Source: Eubacteriales bacterium (GTDB lineage: Bacteria > Bacillota > Clostridia > Oscillospirales > QAKW01). From it: DNA of 64,000 nt. The notes under the pieces were generated by a model. That model saw only the letters and a list, made by a program, of their open reading frames with translations. It had not been told where the DNA came from and did no database searches. The stretch's first letter is position 1; the number at the start of each line of letters is the position of its first letter. Location of the stretch: positions 66,777 to 130,776 of the forward strand of contig JAZOSU010000035.1 of the NCBI GenBank assembly GCA_045657265.1, in the 5' to 3' direction. Of the stretch, positions 27,598-36,234 are shown piece by piece. The position numbers were made by a program, and so were the translations under genes.

Positions 27598-27632
27598 AAA
27601 AACATCGCATTGTGAAATGCGATGTTTAAATT
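27598..27632 (-). terminator. rho-independent terminator of the prsA-like gene
   Basis: Minus strand reads AACATCGCAT-ttcacaa-TGCGATGTTTTTT. Confidence 0.8.
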
Positions 27633-28688
27633 TTATTTGTTTTCGGTATTTGTCTGGGCAGTTTTTATGTTTACAACTGAAAGGTTTGTAAGAACAGGGT
27701 TGTTATAGGTAACGCCGATTCTTTCTTTAAGGCCTTCAAGAATTTCAGCAAGTTCACTGCTCATCATATTTTCAATAAGAGTGATTTCCATATCGGGATC
27801 TGATATTTCTTCTGTAAGGAAAGGATAACGTTTCATTATATGGAAACCGAGGTTTGACTGAACAAGTCTTATTTCGTTTTCTTTCATTTCAAAAGCGGCG
27901 TTATGGAATGCTTTTGTATAAGATGTATCTTCTGTTGAGAAAATGTAACCGTCGGGGTTGGTTGCCATTCCGGGATCTTCGTTGTATTCGTCAAGAAGTC
28001 TTTCAAAATCCTCGCCGCCAATTGCTCTGTCATATATAAGTTTTGCTTTCTGGCCGAGAGCTTCTTTTTCTTGTACGGAATAGTCGTTTGTTTTTTCGTC
28101 TTTTGTAGAAATGAATATATGTTTTACTTTGGTGTAGTATTCATCGTAGTAGTTTTTCATTTCCTCGTGGTTTGTGGGGTTTTGCGTACTGTTAGGTCCG
28201 AAGTAATAAAGTATAACTTCTTCTTTTTTTGCTTCATTTTCAAACTGAGACTTGTATTCGTTATATGAAAAACCCTGTTTTTTCAAAGCTTCATCAAGGT
28301 TTTCTTTGCTTCCGTGTTGTTTGACGTATTCATCAAGAATTTCTTCAATAGCATCGGTTTTTTCTTTAGGAAGAGTAAGACCAAGCTCGTCAAAATGAAT
28401 AGCGTAAAGATTATATTCTATAAGGTATGACTGAATCATAGCATCAAGATATTCCTGAGTTGTTGCAGAATAGCTTGTGTCTATATACTGTGTCCATAAA
28501 TCTTTTGTTTCTTCAATGCCGTTTTCACTCAGAAACTGCGTTTTGATACTTATTGCCGCCGCTTTGTACTGCTCGGGAGTCACCTTTCTGTCGCCGATTT
28601 TAAGCGCGTAATTGCCACCGTTACAGGAGCAGAGTGAAAATATTATAATAAGTACAAGTAAAAATGCTGTAATTCTTTTTATGTTCAT
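27633..28688 (-). CDS. prsA: PrsA/SurA-like peptidylprolyl isomerase lipoprotein (parvulin type)
   Basis: Lipobox IFSLCSC; PpiC-type segment KVKHIFIST...LGFHIMKR. ATG 28688 is preceded by GGAGG; the track start is 28742. Confidence 0.8.
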   Translation of the reverse strand: MNIKRITAFLLVLIIIFSLCSCNGGNYALKIGDRKVTPEQYKAAAISIKTQFLSENGIEETKDLWTQYIDTSYSATTQEYLDAMIQSYLIEYNLYAIHFDELGLTLPKEKTDAIEEILDEYVKQHGSKENLDEALKKQGFSYNEYKSQFENEAKKEEVILYYFGPNSTQNPTNHEEMKNYYDEYYTKVKHIFISTKDEKTNDYSVQEKEALGQKAKLIYDRAIGGEDFERLLDEYNEDPGMATNPDGYIFSTEDTSYTKAFHNAAFEMKENEIRLVQSNLGFHIMKRYPFLTEEISDPDMEITLIENMMSSELAEILEGLKERIGVTYNNPVLTNLSVVNIKTAQTNTENK

Positions 28689-28798
28689 ACTTCCTCCAAG
28701 AGTGTTTTTATATAATATATCAAAAATTACATACTTGTTCAATACTTTAATTGTAAAAAAAGTTTTACAAAACCAGCGGCATATGTTATATTAAATCT

Positions 28799-30139
28799 AT
28801 GAAAAAGAATGATGAATTGACAGTTTTAATAGAAGGTTATACAAGCGAGGGCTTCGGTGTTGCAAAACCGGAGGGTTTTGTGCTGTTTATTCCCTCAACT
28901 ATCAAAGGGGAAAAGGTAACAGCTCACGTGACAAAAGCCAACAAAAACTTTGGCTATGCAAAGGCTATGGAGATAATCACTCCGTCAAAGCACAGGATAG
29001 ACCCGCTTTGTGAAAAAAGTGTTGCCTGCGGCGGTTGCAGTATGTGGCATATGACATATGAGGAAGAACTCAGATTCAAGTGGCAGAAAGTTTATGATAA
29101 TCTGAGAAAAAGCGGTATTGACTGCAAAATGAATGATATCGTTCCCTCACCGAAAATAACGCAGTACAGAAATAAGGCGCAGTATCCCATAAGAGAGCAA
29201 GGCGGTCAAACCGTCGGCGGTTTTTACAGAAAAAACAGTCATTCGGTTATAGAATGTCCCTGCGCTATTCAGCCTGAAGTTTTCGGCAGAATTCTTAGGT
29301 TTACCCTTGACTTTATGAAGGAAAACGGGATAAAAGCGTATAATGAATCTGATTTTTCAGGTAAGGTACGACATCTTTATCTCAGATGTTCTGGTGACCT
29401 TAAAAGTGTTATGGTCTGTCTTGTGGTAAAGGGCAAATTTGAACAGAAATTCCGCTTTGCAAAAACTCTCAAAGCAAAATTCCCCGAAATTTGTACAGTC
29501 TGTATTAATTATAATGATAAAAATACCAACGTAGTGCTTGGAAAAAGATTTGAGACGGTTCTGGGCGACGGATATATCACCGATAAGCTTTTGGGATATG
29601 AATTTGAAATATCTCCCGAGAGCTTTTATCAGGTAAACCACGACGGATGTGAAAAGCTGTACGGACTTGTAAAAGAGTATACAAAAGGAGCAAAAAATCT
29701 GCTTGATTTGTATTGCGGAATAGGCACTATAGGTCTGTGCGTTTCAGACGGCGTCGAAAGTCTGACAGGAATAGAAATAGTACAAAAAGCGATAGAAAAT
29801 GCAGTGCGTAACGCAAAGATAAACAAAGTGGAAAACTGTAAATTTGCGGCAATGGATGCATCGCAGGCAGGAGATTTTGCAGATGAATATTACGATACTA
29901 TAATAGTTGACCCACCGAGAAAAGGATGCGATAAAAAAACACTTGAGTATCTTGTGCAAAAACGCCCCGAAAAACTTGTATATGTATCTTGTGACAGCGC
30001 AACTCTTGCAAGGGATTTAAAATATCTTTGCGAAAACGGATTTGAAATTAATCAGGTAACTCCCGTTGATATGTTCCCGAGAACGAGCCATGTTGAGTGC
30101 GTCGTGCGACTATGTCGCAACAAGCACTCATCGATATAA
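28799..30139 (+). CDS. rlmD: 23S rRNA (uracil-C5)-methyltransferase RlmD/RumA family
   Basis: TRAM N-terminus; Fe-S Cys cluster CEKSVACGGCSMWH; SAM motif LLDLYCGIGTIG; DPPRKG; catalytic YVSCD. Confidence 0.9.
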   Translation: MKKNDELTVLIEGYTSEGFGVAKPEGFVLFIPSTIKGEKVTAHVTKANKNFGYAKAMEIITPSKHRIDPLCEKSVACGGCSMWHMTYEEELRFKWQKVYDNLRKSGIDCKMNDIVPSPKITQYRNKAQYPIREQGGQTVGGFYRKNSHSVIECPCAIQPEVFGRILRFTLDFMKENGIKAYNESDFSGKVRHLYLRCSGDLKSVMVCLVVKGKFEQKFRFAKTLKAKFPEICTVCINYNDKNTNVVLGKRFETVLGDGYITDKLLGYEFEISPESFYQVNHDGCEKLYGLVKEYTKGAKNLLDLYCGIGTIGLCVSDGVESLTGIEIVQKAIENAVRNAKINKVENCKFAAMDASQAGDFADEYYDTIIVDPPRKGCDKKTLEYLVQKRPEKLVYVSCDSATLARDLKYLCENGFEINQVTPVDMFPRTSHVECVVRLCRNKHSSI

Positions 30140-30306
30140 ATCTCTTGCGAGATTTACTATATATCCTGACGGATTCGATATGTGCTGACGCACTCGATAT
30201 GTTGCCTTGCGACAACGAGATTTATATCATATCGAAAATGAGCGAAGCGAGTTTATATCGAATTTCACGAAGTGAAATATATCGAACACGCATAGCGTGT
30301 ATATCG
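30130..30306. repeat. mirror-organised array of short hairpins punctuated by TCGATAT / ATATCGA anchors
   Basis: TCGATAT at 30130, 30174 and 30193; ATATCGA at 30228, 30254, 30278 and 30300. Hairpins include AAATCTC-ttgc-GAGATTT, ATCC-tgac-GGAT, GTGC-tgac-GCAC, ATTTCAC-gaa-GTGAAAT and ACACGC-ata-GCGTGT. Confidence 0.75.
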
Positions 30307-30323
30307 ACAAAGGAGACTATACT

Positions 30324-30671
30324 ATGGAAAGTAGCAAAAATATATTAAGAGAAGAAACAATTAACTTTGCAATAGAAATATCTGATATTTGCGATAATAT
30401 AAAAGGTTGTTCGGTATATATTAATCAACTTTTAAGATGTTCTTCGTCAATTGGTGCAAATCTTCACGAAGCAAAATATGCTTAAAGTAAGGCAGATTTT
30501 ATAAATAAATTAGAAATTGCATTAAAAGAAAGTTTTGAAACTGAGTATTGGTTAGAATTGTTGTTTCGTAAAAATAAAATCACTGATTCTACATACAAAA
30601 ATCTAACAAACAAATGCGGAACAATACGAAGAAAACTTATTGCTTCTGTTACTACAGCGAAAAAATCATAG
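30324..30671 (+). pseudogene. four-helix-bundle (23S rRNA IVS protein / Avd-like) gene interrupted by an in-frame TAA
   Basis: RBS AGGAGA then ATG 30324. The product reads ...SSSIGANLHEAKYA-TAA(30483-30485)-SKADFINKLEIALKESFETEYWLELL... in the same frame to TAG 30669-30671. Family members have Q (CAA) at the stop position. Confidence 0.7.
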
Positions 30672-30742
30672 TTTTGTTAAGCTGTGTGTCAGCTCAGCTT
30701 CGCAGCGATATAAAAAGCTATTAGCGAAAGGAGTTTATTTCT

Positions 30743-31654
30743 ATGAAAAAATTATTTTGTATTTTACTTACGGTATTGTTTTGTTTAGGAATATGTGGGT
30801 GTCACTGGAATAAATTGCCTCATTTATCTTCAAAACAGGCTGAAACTATCGAATTGGAACGTTCCGAACAACTGGTTGGAGATGTGGTTAAAATAGTTTC
30901 TGACAATGTTTTGGTAATGGGATTAGAAGCACCGTACGAAATTGAAAAATGGGGCGAAAAAGTTTACGTCATCACAGATAATACTGAACAATTTTGTATA
31001 GGTGACGAAATTTATATAGAATATGTAAAATATCAAAAACCGTTTGATTCTGACAAATATGTGAGAATATATGCGCAAGAAGTGGATCATCTAAGTTATG
31101 TTGCCAAACCTATTATTTATTTTTATCCGCAAATGCCGACAGTATGTTCTGCCAAGGTGACGTTAAACGGTCAACTGACTTGTACATATCCCAAACACGG
31201 CAACGACGGATGGCAGAATTTCACTGCCAACCCTGACGGTTCGTTAGTATTTCAGGATGGCAGACAATATTATGCTTTGTACTGGGAAGGAATACAAAAA
31301 ACTGAGTGGGATTTTTCGCGTGGATGGTGTGTTCGAGGAGAGGATACAGCCGATTTTCTTGAATGGGCACTTGCAAAACAAGGCCTGAACGAAAGAGAGG
31401 CAAATGAATTTATTGTTTACTGGTTACCTCTTATGCAAAACAACCCCTATAACGTCATTTCATTCCAAAAAGAAACATATACAGATAGTGCGGTTTTGGA
31501 TGTTGAGCCTGATCCCGACAACCTGTTACGCGTATTTATGGCATATTACGGAACCGATTCAAAGGTTGATATTCAGCCTCAGACCTTTGATGAATTTTCA
31601 AGACAAGGCTTTACGGTAGTAGAGTGGGGAGGAACATACGTTAATAAACCATAG
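30743..31654 (+). CDS. hypothetical lipoprotein
   Basis: Signal peptide with lipobox LGICGC; 303 aa; no recognisable catalytic motif. Confidence 0.6.
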   Translation: MKKLFCILLTVLFCLGICGCHWNKLPHLSSKQAETIELERSEQLVGDVVKIVSDNVLVMGLEAPYEIEKWGEKVYVITDNTEQFCIGDEIYIEYVKYQKPFDSDKYVRIYAQEVDHLSYVAKPIIYFYPQMPTVCSAKVTLNGQLTCTYPKHGNDGWQNFTANPDGSLVFQDGRQYYALYWEGIQKTEWDFSRGWCVRGEDTADFLEWALAKQGLNEREANEFIVYWLPLMQNNPYNVISFQKETYTDSAVLDVEPDPDNLLRVFMAYYGTDSKVDIQPQTFDEFSRQGFTVVEWGGTYVNKP

Positions 31655-31681
31655 AAATATTTATATTTCAAGGAAAACTAA

Positions 31682-32398
31682 ATGGAAATAATCAGATACG
31701 ACATATGTGATTCTACAAACCTTCGGGCAAAGGAATACGTAAAACAAAATAAAATCGACAGGGCGGTATTTATTGCAAATGCTCAGAGTCAGGGCAGGGG
31801 AAGACAGGGAAAAAGTTTCTATTCCCCCGAAAACACAGGCATATATATGACCTATGTTTTCAGAGCAGATATGCCTCTTTATTCCGCTGTTTCGGTCACG
31901 ACTTATGCGGCGGCGGCAGTTTGTAAAGCTCTTGAAACAGTATCGGCAAAGGATTTACAGATAAAATGGGTAAACGACATTTACCTTGAGGGCAAAAAAA
32001 TATGCGGTATTCTTGCCGAAAGCGTTATGGACAGTAAATCGAAAAACGTTGAGTACGTCATAATCGGCGTCGGGGTCAACGTTACGACTTCTGAGTTTCC
32101 AGATGACATAAAAGACATTGCATCAAGTCTCGGTGACGTTGACAAACAAAAAATTATAGACGCAATAATTTCAGGCTTTGATGAAATTGCAGATAACCCC
32201 ACTGACCGCAAGTTTATGGAATATTACAGACAAAAGTCGATGGTTTTAGGCAAAGAGATAACTGTAATTTCAAAATCCGGTACGAGATATGCAACGGCAA
32301 TATCGGTTGACGATGACGGAGGCTTGAAAATACGTTTGTCAAATGGTACGGAAGAAATATTAAATTCGGGTGAAATTTCGTTAAAAATAGCCAAATAA
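31682..32398 (+). CDS. birA: biotin--[acetyl-CoA-carboxylase] ligase, group I (no N-terminal HTH)
   Basis: GRGRQGKSFYSP; KWVNDIYLEGKKICGILAE; 238 aa. Confidence 0.9.
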   Translation: MEIIRYDICDSTNLRAKEYVKQNKIDRAVFIANAQSQGRGRQGKSFYSPENTGIYMTYVFRADMPLYSAVSVTTYAAAAVCKALETVSAKDLQIKWVNDIYLEGKKICGILAESVMDSKSKNVEYVIIGVGVNVTTSEFPDDIKDIASSLGDVDKQKIIDAIISGFDEIADNPTDRKFMEYYRQKSMVLGKEITVISKSGTRYATAISVDDDGGLKIRLSNGTEEILNSGEISLKIAK

Positions 32399-32443
32399 TG
32401 TTCAAAACCTTGTTGAAAATGTGTAAAATTAGGAGAAAATACT

Positions 32444-34030
32444 ATGAAAAGACTCGTTTCGACTCTGTTAATACTGGTTTTTTTAATAATTTCGGTTGCA
32501 GGTTGTTCAAAACCTGCAGACGACCCTGATTATAATATCAATGACTATAAAAACAGCGGAGGTCTGTCAGGGCTTGATATGAACGGTATCGAGAAAGAGC
32601 CTGAGGCAAAACCTGAGGTCAAACCCGAATCTGAGAGTAAGCCGGAGAAAGAACCTGAAAAGACAGAAGAGAATAAAGTGCCTGAGGATGCCGATTCTGA
32701 CGAGGTCGAAGATACAAGACCCGAAGACAGCGGAAAGGTTGATGTTCCTCACACTGACGATAGTAAAGAAGAGTCGGGATATGTAAAAAACGTTGTATCT
32801 TCTATCGGAGATACTGTTATAACAGAGGACAGTTATAACGAAGATAAGCTGACTTTCCCAAGCGTACATATAGAAACCTTTGATAAAAGCGGAATAGTTT
32901 CAAAAACCGAATATAAAAATGCAACCATCGAAATAAATAATACCTCAAAAGAGTTTACAAAAACCAAAAGCGCAGTTGAAATAAGAGGCAGAGGCAACTC
33001 TACATGGTTAAGATATGACAAAAAAGCATACAAACTCAGATTTTCAATAAAAACCGACCTGTTTGGAATGGGTGGCGCAAAAAAATGGGTGCTTCTTGCA
33101 AATGCATTTGACGAAACAATGCTCAGAAATGCTCTTGCAATGGACCTTGCAAAAGTGTTGGAGCTTGAATATACAACCGACTATCAGTTTGTAAACCTGT
33201 TTCTTAACGGAGAATATCAGGGTCTTTATCAGCTTTGCGAACAGCTTGAAGAAGGTCAGACGAGAGTTGATATAAACTCTTCCAAAACAGGTGAGGTTGA
33301 CACAGGATATCTTGTGGAATCTTTCAGCGAACTTACTGCGCTTAAAGATAAATCATTTACCATTCCCGAAGTAAACGGATTGCACGTTAATGAGTTTAAA
33401 GGCAAACATCAGTTTGTCATAAAATCTCCCGGACCTAAAGAGGTGACGCAGGAACAGATAGATTTTATTGACGATTACGTAACGAGAGCAAACGAAGCAA
33501 TATTTACAAAAAATTGGCAGGAGATAGAAAAGCTTTGTGACGTGGATTCTTTTGTAAATATGTTTATTGTGGATCAGGTTATGCTCAATAACGATATGGG
33601 TTACAGCTTTTATATGTATAAAAAAGCAGGAGGCAAACTGTACCTTGGACCTATGTGGGATTACGACCAGAGTTGCGGCGGTTCACAGCACGGCGGACCT
33701 ACGTTTGAAGGCTGGTATGCAGGTACAGAGCATAAATGGTACACGACACTTGTAAAAATGCCCCAGTTCCAGAAACTTGTCAAAGAAAGATATAACAGTA
33801 AAAAAGCTCAGATAAAAGATATAATTGACAGTATTGATATCAAAATAAAACAAAACAGCTTTGATTTTGCAATGAGTAATTATGTTTATAATACTTTCGG
33901 TGACGGCGAAAAATGGAGAGCGATTCCTGAAATAACGGCGCTTACCACCTATAAAATGCACGTTGAATATCTCAAAACCTGGCTTACCAACAGATTTATT
34001 TGGATGGAGGGACAATTTGACACGTGGTAA
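32444..34030 (+). CDS. cotH: CotH-family kinase-like lipoprotein
   Basis: Lipobox VAGCS; E/K/P-rich linker; CotH blocks KKAYKLRF, KKWVLLANAFDETMLRN, FVNLFLNGEYQGLYQLCEQ and GPMWDYDQS. Confidence 0.8.
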   Translation: MKRLVSTLLILVFLIISVAGCSKPADDPDYNINDYKNSGGLSGLDMNGIEKEPEAKPEVKPESESKPEKEPEKTEENKVPEDADSDEVEDTRPEDSGKVDVPHTDDSKEESGYVKNVVSSIGDTVITEDSYNEDKLTFPSVHIETFDKSGIVSKTEYKNATIEINNTSKEFTKTKSAVEIRGRGNSTWLRYDKKAYKLRFSIKTDLFGMGGAKKWVLLANAFDETMLRNALAMDLAKVLELEYTTDYQFVNLFLNGEYQGLYQLCEQLEEGQTRVDINSSKTGEVDTGYLVESFSELTALKDKSFTIPEVNGLHVNEFKGKHQFVIKSPGPKEVTQEQIDFIDDYVTRANEAIFTKNWQEIEKLCDVDSFVNMFIVDQVMLNNDMGYSFYMYKKAGGKLYLGPMWDYDQSCGGSQHGGPTFEGWYAGTEHKWYTTLVKMPQFQKLVKERYNSKKAQIKDIIDSIDIKIKQNSFDFAMSNYVYNTFGDGEKWRAIPEITALTTYKMHVEYLKTWLTNRFIWMEGQFDTW

Positions 34031-34533
34031 TTACAAAATTTTTTATATCGTTTATTAAAGAGAAAAACTGGCTTGAGCAGATGAACAAAAAAGGCTATGA
34101 ACTTAAAAAACGTTCAGGCTTTGTATATATGTTTGAAAAAACAGACACAGAGGTTTTGTACGAGTACGTGTTTTTAAAAAACGGAAAGCGTTCGTACTGC
34201 GAGTTTGATTACAAATCAAAAGACACCGATGCAAAAGCTATTTACGGAAACGCAGATATGTTTCTTTTGAAAAAACCGAAATCAAAAGGCAAAGTTACGG
34301 TTTTTCAGACCCTTGATGAGAAAAAACTCAATGCCGCAAAGAAAAAAGCGGCACTGAACAGTACGGCCGCTCTTTATATAGGTGTCTGCGCACTGTGCGC
34401 GGCTCTTATAAAAATAATTACGCCGCTCAGATGGGTGTTTTTAGCAGTAGCTGTAGTTTTTATGGTAATGTCGCTGTGGAGTTATTACCTTTCTTATAAT
34501 ATAGGTAAATATGTAAAACTTGACAAAATATAA
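34024..34533 (+). CDS. DUF2812-like membrane protein
   Basis: N-terminal EKNWLEQMNKKGYELKK resembles DUF2812; C-terminal TM segments; GTG start overlaps the cotH stop. Confidence 0.55.
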   Translation: MVITKFFISFIKEKNWLEQMNKKGYELKKRSGFVYMFEKTDTEVLYEYVFLKNGKRSYCEFDYKSKDTDAKAIYGNADMFLLKKPKSKGKVTVFQTLDEKKLNAAKKKAALNSTAALYIGVCALCAALIKIITPLRWVFLAVAVVFMVMSLWSYYLSYNIGKYVKLDKI

Positions 34534-34580
34534 TTCTTTGGTATAATAGACAAATATTATAAAAAGGCGGTAGCATATAA

Positions 34581-35273
34581 ATGGGCTTTGATGCACAAAA
34601 AATTATGCAAATATTGTCAACAGACCCGTCACAACTGTCAAACAATGAACTTTTACAACTTATTTTAAAGCCCTTCGTTGCGGATTATGAAACGGTAGCT
34701 TTTAATCTGCTCAAAAAGTTTATAACTTTAGAGGGCGTATATACGGCAGACCCTGAACTGCTAATGTCGGTTGAGGGAATGACGGAAGAAGCTGTGTGTA
34801 TGTTGAAAGCAGTACATGTGACGGCATTTAATCTTTTAGATGCCAATATGCCAACTAAAAAGCTTACAGTTTTTACAAAAGAAACAGGCAGAGATTTATT
34901 CAAACCGCATTTTCTTGGAAAAACGGTAGAAGAAATGTATCTTATGCTTCTTGACAGTTCATGCAATATACTTTGTGTTAAACTGGTAGCTAAAGGAAAG
35001 CTGGATCATCTCAATATTGATACAAAGTACATAATTGAACTTGCGTGTAAATATAATGCATCAAAGGCAGTTGTTGCTCATAATCATACTACGGGACCGG
35101 CGCCGTCAGCTCACGACGTTATTTTTACGTCAAAGCTGGTGTGGCTTTTTGCCCATATGGGAATTGAGCTTTGCGACCATTACATTTTTTATAAAAATAA
35201 GTGTCATTCTATGGTAGAGTCAGGAGAAATGACTCCGCTGTCTTATAACCTTACTTTAAGTCGTGATATTTAA
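34581..35273 (+). CDS. radC: RadC-family JAB/MPN domain protein
   Basis: The N-terminal segment ELLQLILKPF may be HhH-like (by eye). JAMM-like VAHNHTTGPAPSAHDVIFTSKL; canonical members have HNHPSG. Confidence 0.8.
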   Translation: MGFDAQKIMQILSTDPSQLSNNELLQLILKPFVADYETVAFNLLKKFITLEGVYTADPELLMSVEGMTEEAVCMLKAVHVTAFNLLDANMPTKKLTVFTKETGRDLFKPHFLGKTVEEMYLMLLDSSCNILCVKLVAKGKLDHLNIDTKYIIELACKYNASKAVVAHNHTTGPAPSAHDVIFTSKLVWLFAHMGIELCDHYIFYKNKCHSMVESGEMTPLSYNLTLSRDI

Positions 35274-35296
35274 TATTTTTTAGGGGGACTATTAAA

Positions 35297-36010
35297 ATGG
35301 ACCAGTTTATTAACCAGATGAAAATTATTTTGGATTATCTTCAGGAGTATTCCGTAGTTTCAGTTGCGGTAAGAATAATTCTTGCAACAGTTCTTGGGGG
35401 TATAATAGGTTTTGAACGTGAACGTCACGGCAGAGCGGCAGGACTTCGTACACATATTCTTGTTTGTCTTGGTTCTGCGGTTGCAACACTTATCGGACAT
35501 TACAACTTTGCAGTTTTGCACACATTGGGAGACCCTATGAGAATAGGCGCTCAGGTTCTTTCGGGAATCGGTTTTCTTGGTGCAGGTACTATTATTTCAA
35601 AAGGTAGATTTCAGGTTACAGGTCTTACAACTGCGGCAGGTCTCTGGGCAACAGCATCTATAGGTCTTGCAACAGGTATAGGCTTTTACGAAGCTGCACT
35701 TCTCGGCGCACTTTTAGTTGTACTTACAATGTCACTTCTTACAAAGTTTGATGCTAAAATCATCAAAAACTCACAAAAATTCAGAGTTTATATTGAAATT
35801 AATGACGTAAACCGTATGAACAACGTTATTGATATGTTGATTTCAGACTTTGAGGGAAGCGGTATTCAGGTAACCGTACCCAGAAGCGGAATTTCAGGCA
35901 ATGCAGGAATTGAAGCCACACTTCACGTTAAAGACGAACAAAGCGGAAGAAGTGTAATTGCAAATCTTACAGAATCTGAAAATATTGTATTTGCGCTTCC
36001 GTCAATTTAA
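35297..36010 (+). CDS. mgtC: MgtC/SapB family membrane protein
   Basis: RIILATVLGGIIGFERERHGRAAGLRTHILVCLGSA plus a soluble ACT-like C-terminal domain. Confidence 0.9.
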   Translation: MDQFINQMKIILDYLQEYSVVSVAVRIILATVLGGIIGFERERHGRAAGLRTHILVCLGSAVATLIGHYNFAVLHTLGDPMRIGAQVLSGIGFLGAGTIISKGRFQVTGLTTAAGLWATASIGLATGIGFYEAALLGALLVVLTMSLLTKFDAKIIKNSQKFRVYIEINDVNRMNNVIDMLISDFEGSGIQVTVPRSGISGNAGIEATLHVKDEQSGRSVIANLTESENIVFALPSI

Positions 36011-36013
36011 TAC

Positions 36014-36042
36014 TTGACAACTTGAAAAAAAAGGTGTATAGT
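36014..36042 (+). promoter_or_regulatory. sigma-A promoter of the aromatic amino-acid operon
   Basis: TTGACA (36014-36019), 17-nt spacer, TATAGT (36037-36042). Confidence 0.6.
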
Positions 36043-36167
36043 TAGAAAAAATCTTAAGAAAGGTAAATGCAGACATATGTTGATAACAAATAATCGATTT
36101 TATTATTTTGAATATACGGACTGTCTGTGTGTAAAATAAACCTTTCAGAGTTTTATACAGTATAGAT

Positions 36168-36223
36168 AGCCCGCAATCAGTCATACCATTTTTTAGGTAT
36201 CTTGATGGCGGGCTTTTAATTTT
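36168..36223 (+). terminator. leader terminator / attenuator hairpin just before the pheA RBS
   Basis: AGCCCGCAATCAGTCATACC-atttttt-AGGTATCTTGATGGCGGGCT (imperfect 20-nt arms), followed by TTTTAATTTT, then GAGGTGA and ATG 36235. Confidence 0.55.
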
Positions 36224-36234
36224 GAGGTGATTTA

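Noticed and set aside
27260-27632. c-di-AMP (ydaO-type) riboswitch upstream of the LysM/M23 peptidase
   Set aside because: The genomic context would fit. On the minus strand, however, the element is a near-symmetric nested palindrome lacking the ydaO conserved ACGGGGA/CCGA..CCCG segments as I recall them. It looks like a dispersed repeat instead. An Infernal scan would settle this.
30097-30348. 83-aa ORF spanning the hairpin array
   Set aside because: Its translation merely follows the ATATCGA-anchored repeats (…YRISRSEIYRTRIACIS…). It overlaps the rlmD 3' end and the RBS and start of the four-helix-bundle gene.
30324-30671. Diversity-generating retroelement, because the four-helix-bundle family includes Avd
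   Set aside because: There is no reverse transcriptase ORF, no template/variable repeat pair and no target gene in the window, and both Avd-like genes are broken.
36043-36223. T-box leader upstream of pheA
   Set aside because: There is no T-box sequence (…GGGTGGTACCGCG-like), no stem I with a specifier loop or AGAGA/GNRA elements, and the leader of about 190 nt is short for a T-box.
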